Positions 61,025 to 64,000 of a DNA stretch of 64,000 nucleotides are shown one piece after another (the stretch's first letter is position 1; every line of letters starts with the position of its first letter). The stretch covers positions 3,868,228 to 3,932,227 of the forward strand of contig NW_019091357.1 in NCBI RefSeq assembly GCF_001949145.1, in the 5' to 3' direction. This DNA comes from Acanthaster planci. Lineage: Eukaryota. The position numbers were made by a program, and so were the translations under genes. The notes below the pieces were generated by a model that did no database searches, was not told the origin of the DNA, and saw only the letters and a list, made by a program, of their open reading frames with translations.

Positions 61025-64000
61025 CGTGCTGCGTGTAATAGGAAGTTACACGCAGCACGAGTGAACACAGTGGGCTTTTATCTTCACTAGCCAACCGTCT
61101 GCCACATTACAGTGGTACGGCAATCCAATGGCCTACTTCTCTTTGGTAATTTCAATGCCGTTTCAAGTTTGTCTGCGAATTCACTTGGCCTACTTTAATA
61201 GCGCAGGCGTGCCAGACATAAACACAGTCAAAACGATTATCTGCGAATGCAGCTTATTTGGTACATGTATAAAAAGTGCAATTAAAGTGCCCTTCTGCGG
61301 TGACCAGTAGATTTCGCAAGATTCTAGACTTTTTAGAGTTCCGTTTCTGGTGCATGCGACTGTCTCTATTCTGTCTGATTTCTGGACGCTTTGCCAAAAA
61401 CTAAAGTTTGAATTTGGTTAAATAAGGGAATGAATATGTGCTTCACCGGTACTGGCCGATGAGAATGGACACTTATAATAAAACCTGAGCCTATGGCGAG
61501 GGACAACACTCTACTTTTTTTCTCATCTTTATGCTAGTTTTTGAGGGGTTACTCTCCACACCTCCAATGACCCATTACTCTAGAAATTGAACGATGGACA
61601 TCCAGCATGCGTCACTTCAGGGCCAGTAGGCTTATGTACTTGTAAAATCAGACGCCAATTCAGAGCGGTCTAACCATGGTTTAATAACGCTTGCGAACGA
61701 GCAACTAGACAGGTCTACCAACAGCCGCCCCCCTGGACGGACACGTCCCCGGGGACCCTGGGAAAGGAGCGTTGGCCGATTCGGGAGCGCCTTTGCTCGA
61801 GCATGACATTGTTGCACGAAAGATTGCCCAACCTGACACCAATTGTGTGTGAAATCACACCGGTTAAAACCTCACCATTATTACTATGGCCTATAACATG
61901 TATCATAACTCGCAAGACCCAGTTTTCTCTTTTCCACTGCCAGCCACTGAGATAGACAATCCTCATTATGACAATTTACATTAAAAACTTGCACACTTTA
62001 AAGAAAAAATATATCCACTATTTTCATCCTGAAATTCGAAAATCTTCCTCTCACAGTAGGTTGAAGAACAAACTCAAAAAACTCTTTCTACCGTAAGGCA
62101 CGACGGACGAATGACTCCGTAGCAATCCCTTGACATGCAGGTCTGTGCTTTCAGATATTGACGGAAAACAAACGAAGCAAGCCAACACCTCAACACCTAA
62201 ACTAAACTGAGAAGTCCATAGGACGGTAACACAATTCAAGTCTTGAAAAGTGAATAAAGAGACAAAAGCGATAAAATATATAAAAGAAAAAATGCATGAG
62301 AATGCTCTCGCCCACAGAGTAGTTAAAAAAGACAGTGTCTCAACAGGCGGTCATCTTGCTTTCCACAAGTCCACATATGTCGAAACTTCACTTCAGGAAG
62401 CAGTCATCCTGAGCTCACTAATTCGACTGCCTATGCGGTTGAGTCGACTTAATTTCCACTGCAATTTTATGTCGATAAATGGCGTTACAATATATGTCGG
62501 CAACTGGATAAGCGGCACTCGCACTATAGTACCTGTATGCTCTCCCAAAGGACGTCATATCTGTACGCACACAAAATTGAAGAATGTTTGATCTTTAGAT
62601 CTTTTGTAGCATTTTTGGACTGGTCAAGTTTTTCGGGAATCGATACTGCAGCAACAAATTTTTGGAAATTGATTTTGCATGTCTAGTCCTCTGATCCTTG
62701 TACGTTATATTATGGAACACCAACCATTCGACCATTGCATTTTACACATCCATTGTTCAATAACTCTTCAGCCAGCTGAGGGCAGACATCGAAGCTCGCC
62801 CCAGTTTGCCACTTTCTTCCAGATAATTGAGTCTGGTTGTGCTGGTCGGTTAAGGTCCTACAACCAGCACTTAAGTTCCGTGTAGACAGCAACTGGACAA
62901 TCACATTAGATGTTACATGTCTTGAAAGAGCGAGCCCCACTTACCCGGTTGTCGCTCTCTGACCTACAAAATCTTCATTAAAATACGCGAAAGTGGGCAA
63001 AATAAGTGAGTAGAATACAATTTGGCCTAAATAGGCGAAATACTCCGAGATTACAGTACGGTCATATTTTTTATCCAAACCTATCTGTGTCCTGGCGTAA
63101 ATCAGCACTGTCACAAAGCAGCTTATTTATTATTTTATTATTACCTAAAATACACATGAAGATTACGACATGCCTGCATTTAATGCATCAATTTTCATTG
63201 TGTACTGAAAAATTGATGAAAATGATAGCAGTTAACAGTTTGAGGTTCGACAACAACGTCGGATGTTTGCTGGGTCGTGAGTGTGATGCCAACACAGTAG
63301 TGACGTCTCGTCCGGCTAGCCTAAGACCACTCTCATTTTGTCTACAACTTGTGTGGGCGGCCAAAGTTTGCAGAAATATCGACTTTCGGCTGGTTTTCGA
63401 TTTTACCTCCAATTTGATCAAAACGGACATTTGTCCCATTATTTTAAATAGAGTTGTATTTTCATTTAGTATTTGGTAGTACGTGGTTTATATATCTGGT
63501 GTTCTGATAGCTGCGTGGAATTTATTTTCTTATTAATTAATTTCAATTTTTAATTATTCTTTAAATTTGGTACCAACGGCCAACCATAGTTTTACCAGCC
63601 ACTTGTAGAAAAAAACAAGACTGTGACGTCAAAAGACCTGACCCTATAAGGGTTACAATCAAGACAATTATTACTGGGCAGAAATACTACAGTCGCCTGC
63701 GGACAGACCATGGAACAAGAAACGGGGCAGCCGCACCCGTACCCCAGGCTGGTTCAATCAAAGTCCGGCTGAATTGGTTGCACAGTTCCTGGGCGGCCTT
63801 CGTTCCTTCCCCTGCCCTTTCAGGGAACAAGGACTGCCTGATTTCGTTGCCGACCTGTATCCATGACTATGATTTCCTTGAACCTTCATTGGATAGGGCA
63901 CAACCACTCGCGCTGGATAAAAGTTTACGAGTTAGGCAACAAGCAACCCACAATGTCTTCTACGGTCTGTACTTCCCATGCGCAAAATGTTATGGAGGAG

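Noticed and set aside
61725..61805. GC-rich patch with a small GGACG-GACA-CGTCC hairpin; a similar patch at ~63695-63860
   Set aside because: No ribozyme core or repeat partner recognised, and the stems are short enough to be chance.
58986..64000. Search for gene E exon 1 or another gene
   Set aside because: No [16 protein letters not shown] coding sequence on the minus strand, and the short ORFs show no recognisable domain; treated as intron 1.

Overview
This is AT-rich, intron-containing animal (metazoan) DNA, probably from an invertebrate; the taxon cannot be determined from this window. It holds a tandem cluster of SLC5A8/SLC5A12/SLC5A6/NIS-subfamily Na+:solute symporter genes, reconstructed by hand from GT-AG boundaries and conserved exon phases. 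Gene A (+, exons 7-15, starts before the window) and gene B (+, 7503-15969, 632 aa) are in tandem. Genes C (-, 28764-20220, 653 aa) and D (-, 43718-35305, 653 aa) are close paralogs. Gene E (-, exons 2-15, exon 1 not found in the window) is more divergent. A decayed B-like pseudogene fragment lies at ~32165-33030. The block [B 3' half + intergenic + C + C upstream] is tandemly duplicated as [pseudo-B + intergenic + D + D upstream], and a degenerate BEL/Pao LTR-retrotransposon remnant fills the junction. A 2.75-kb CR1/L2-type LINE remnant sits in only one copy, and the introns carry several MITE families. The most interesting signals are paralog-specific substitutions at predicted substrate-pocket positions, patchy gene conversion between paralogs, PDZ-ligand C-termini in all five genes with a PPxY motif only in gene E, and an unexplained GC-rich triple hairpin in gene E intron 5. 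I found no convincing novel multi-gene system, CRISPR array, rRNA or tRNA.
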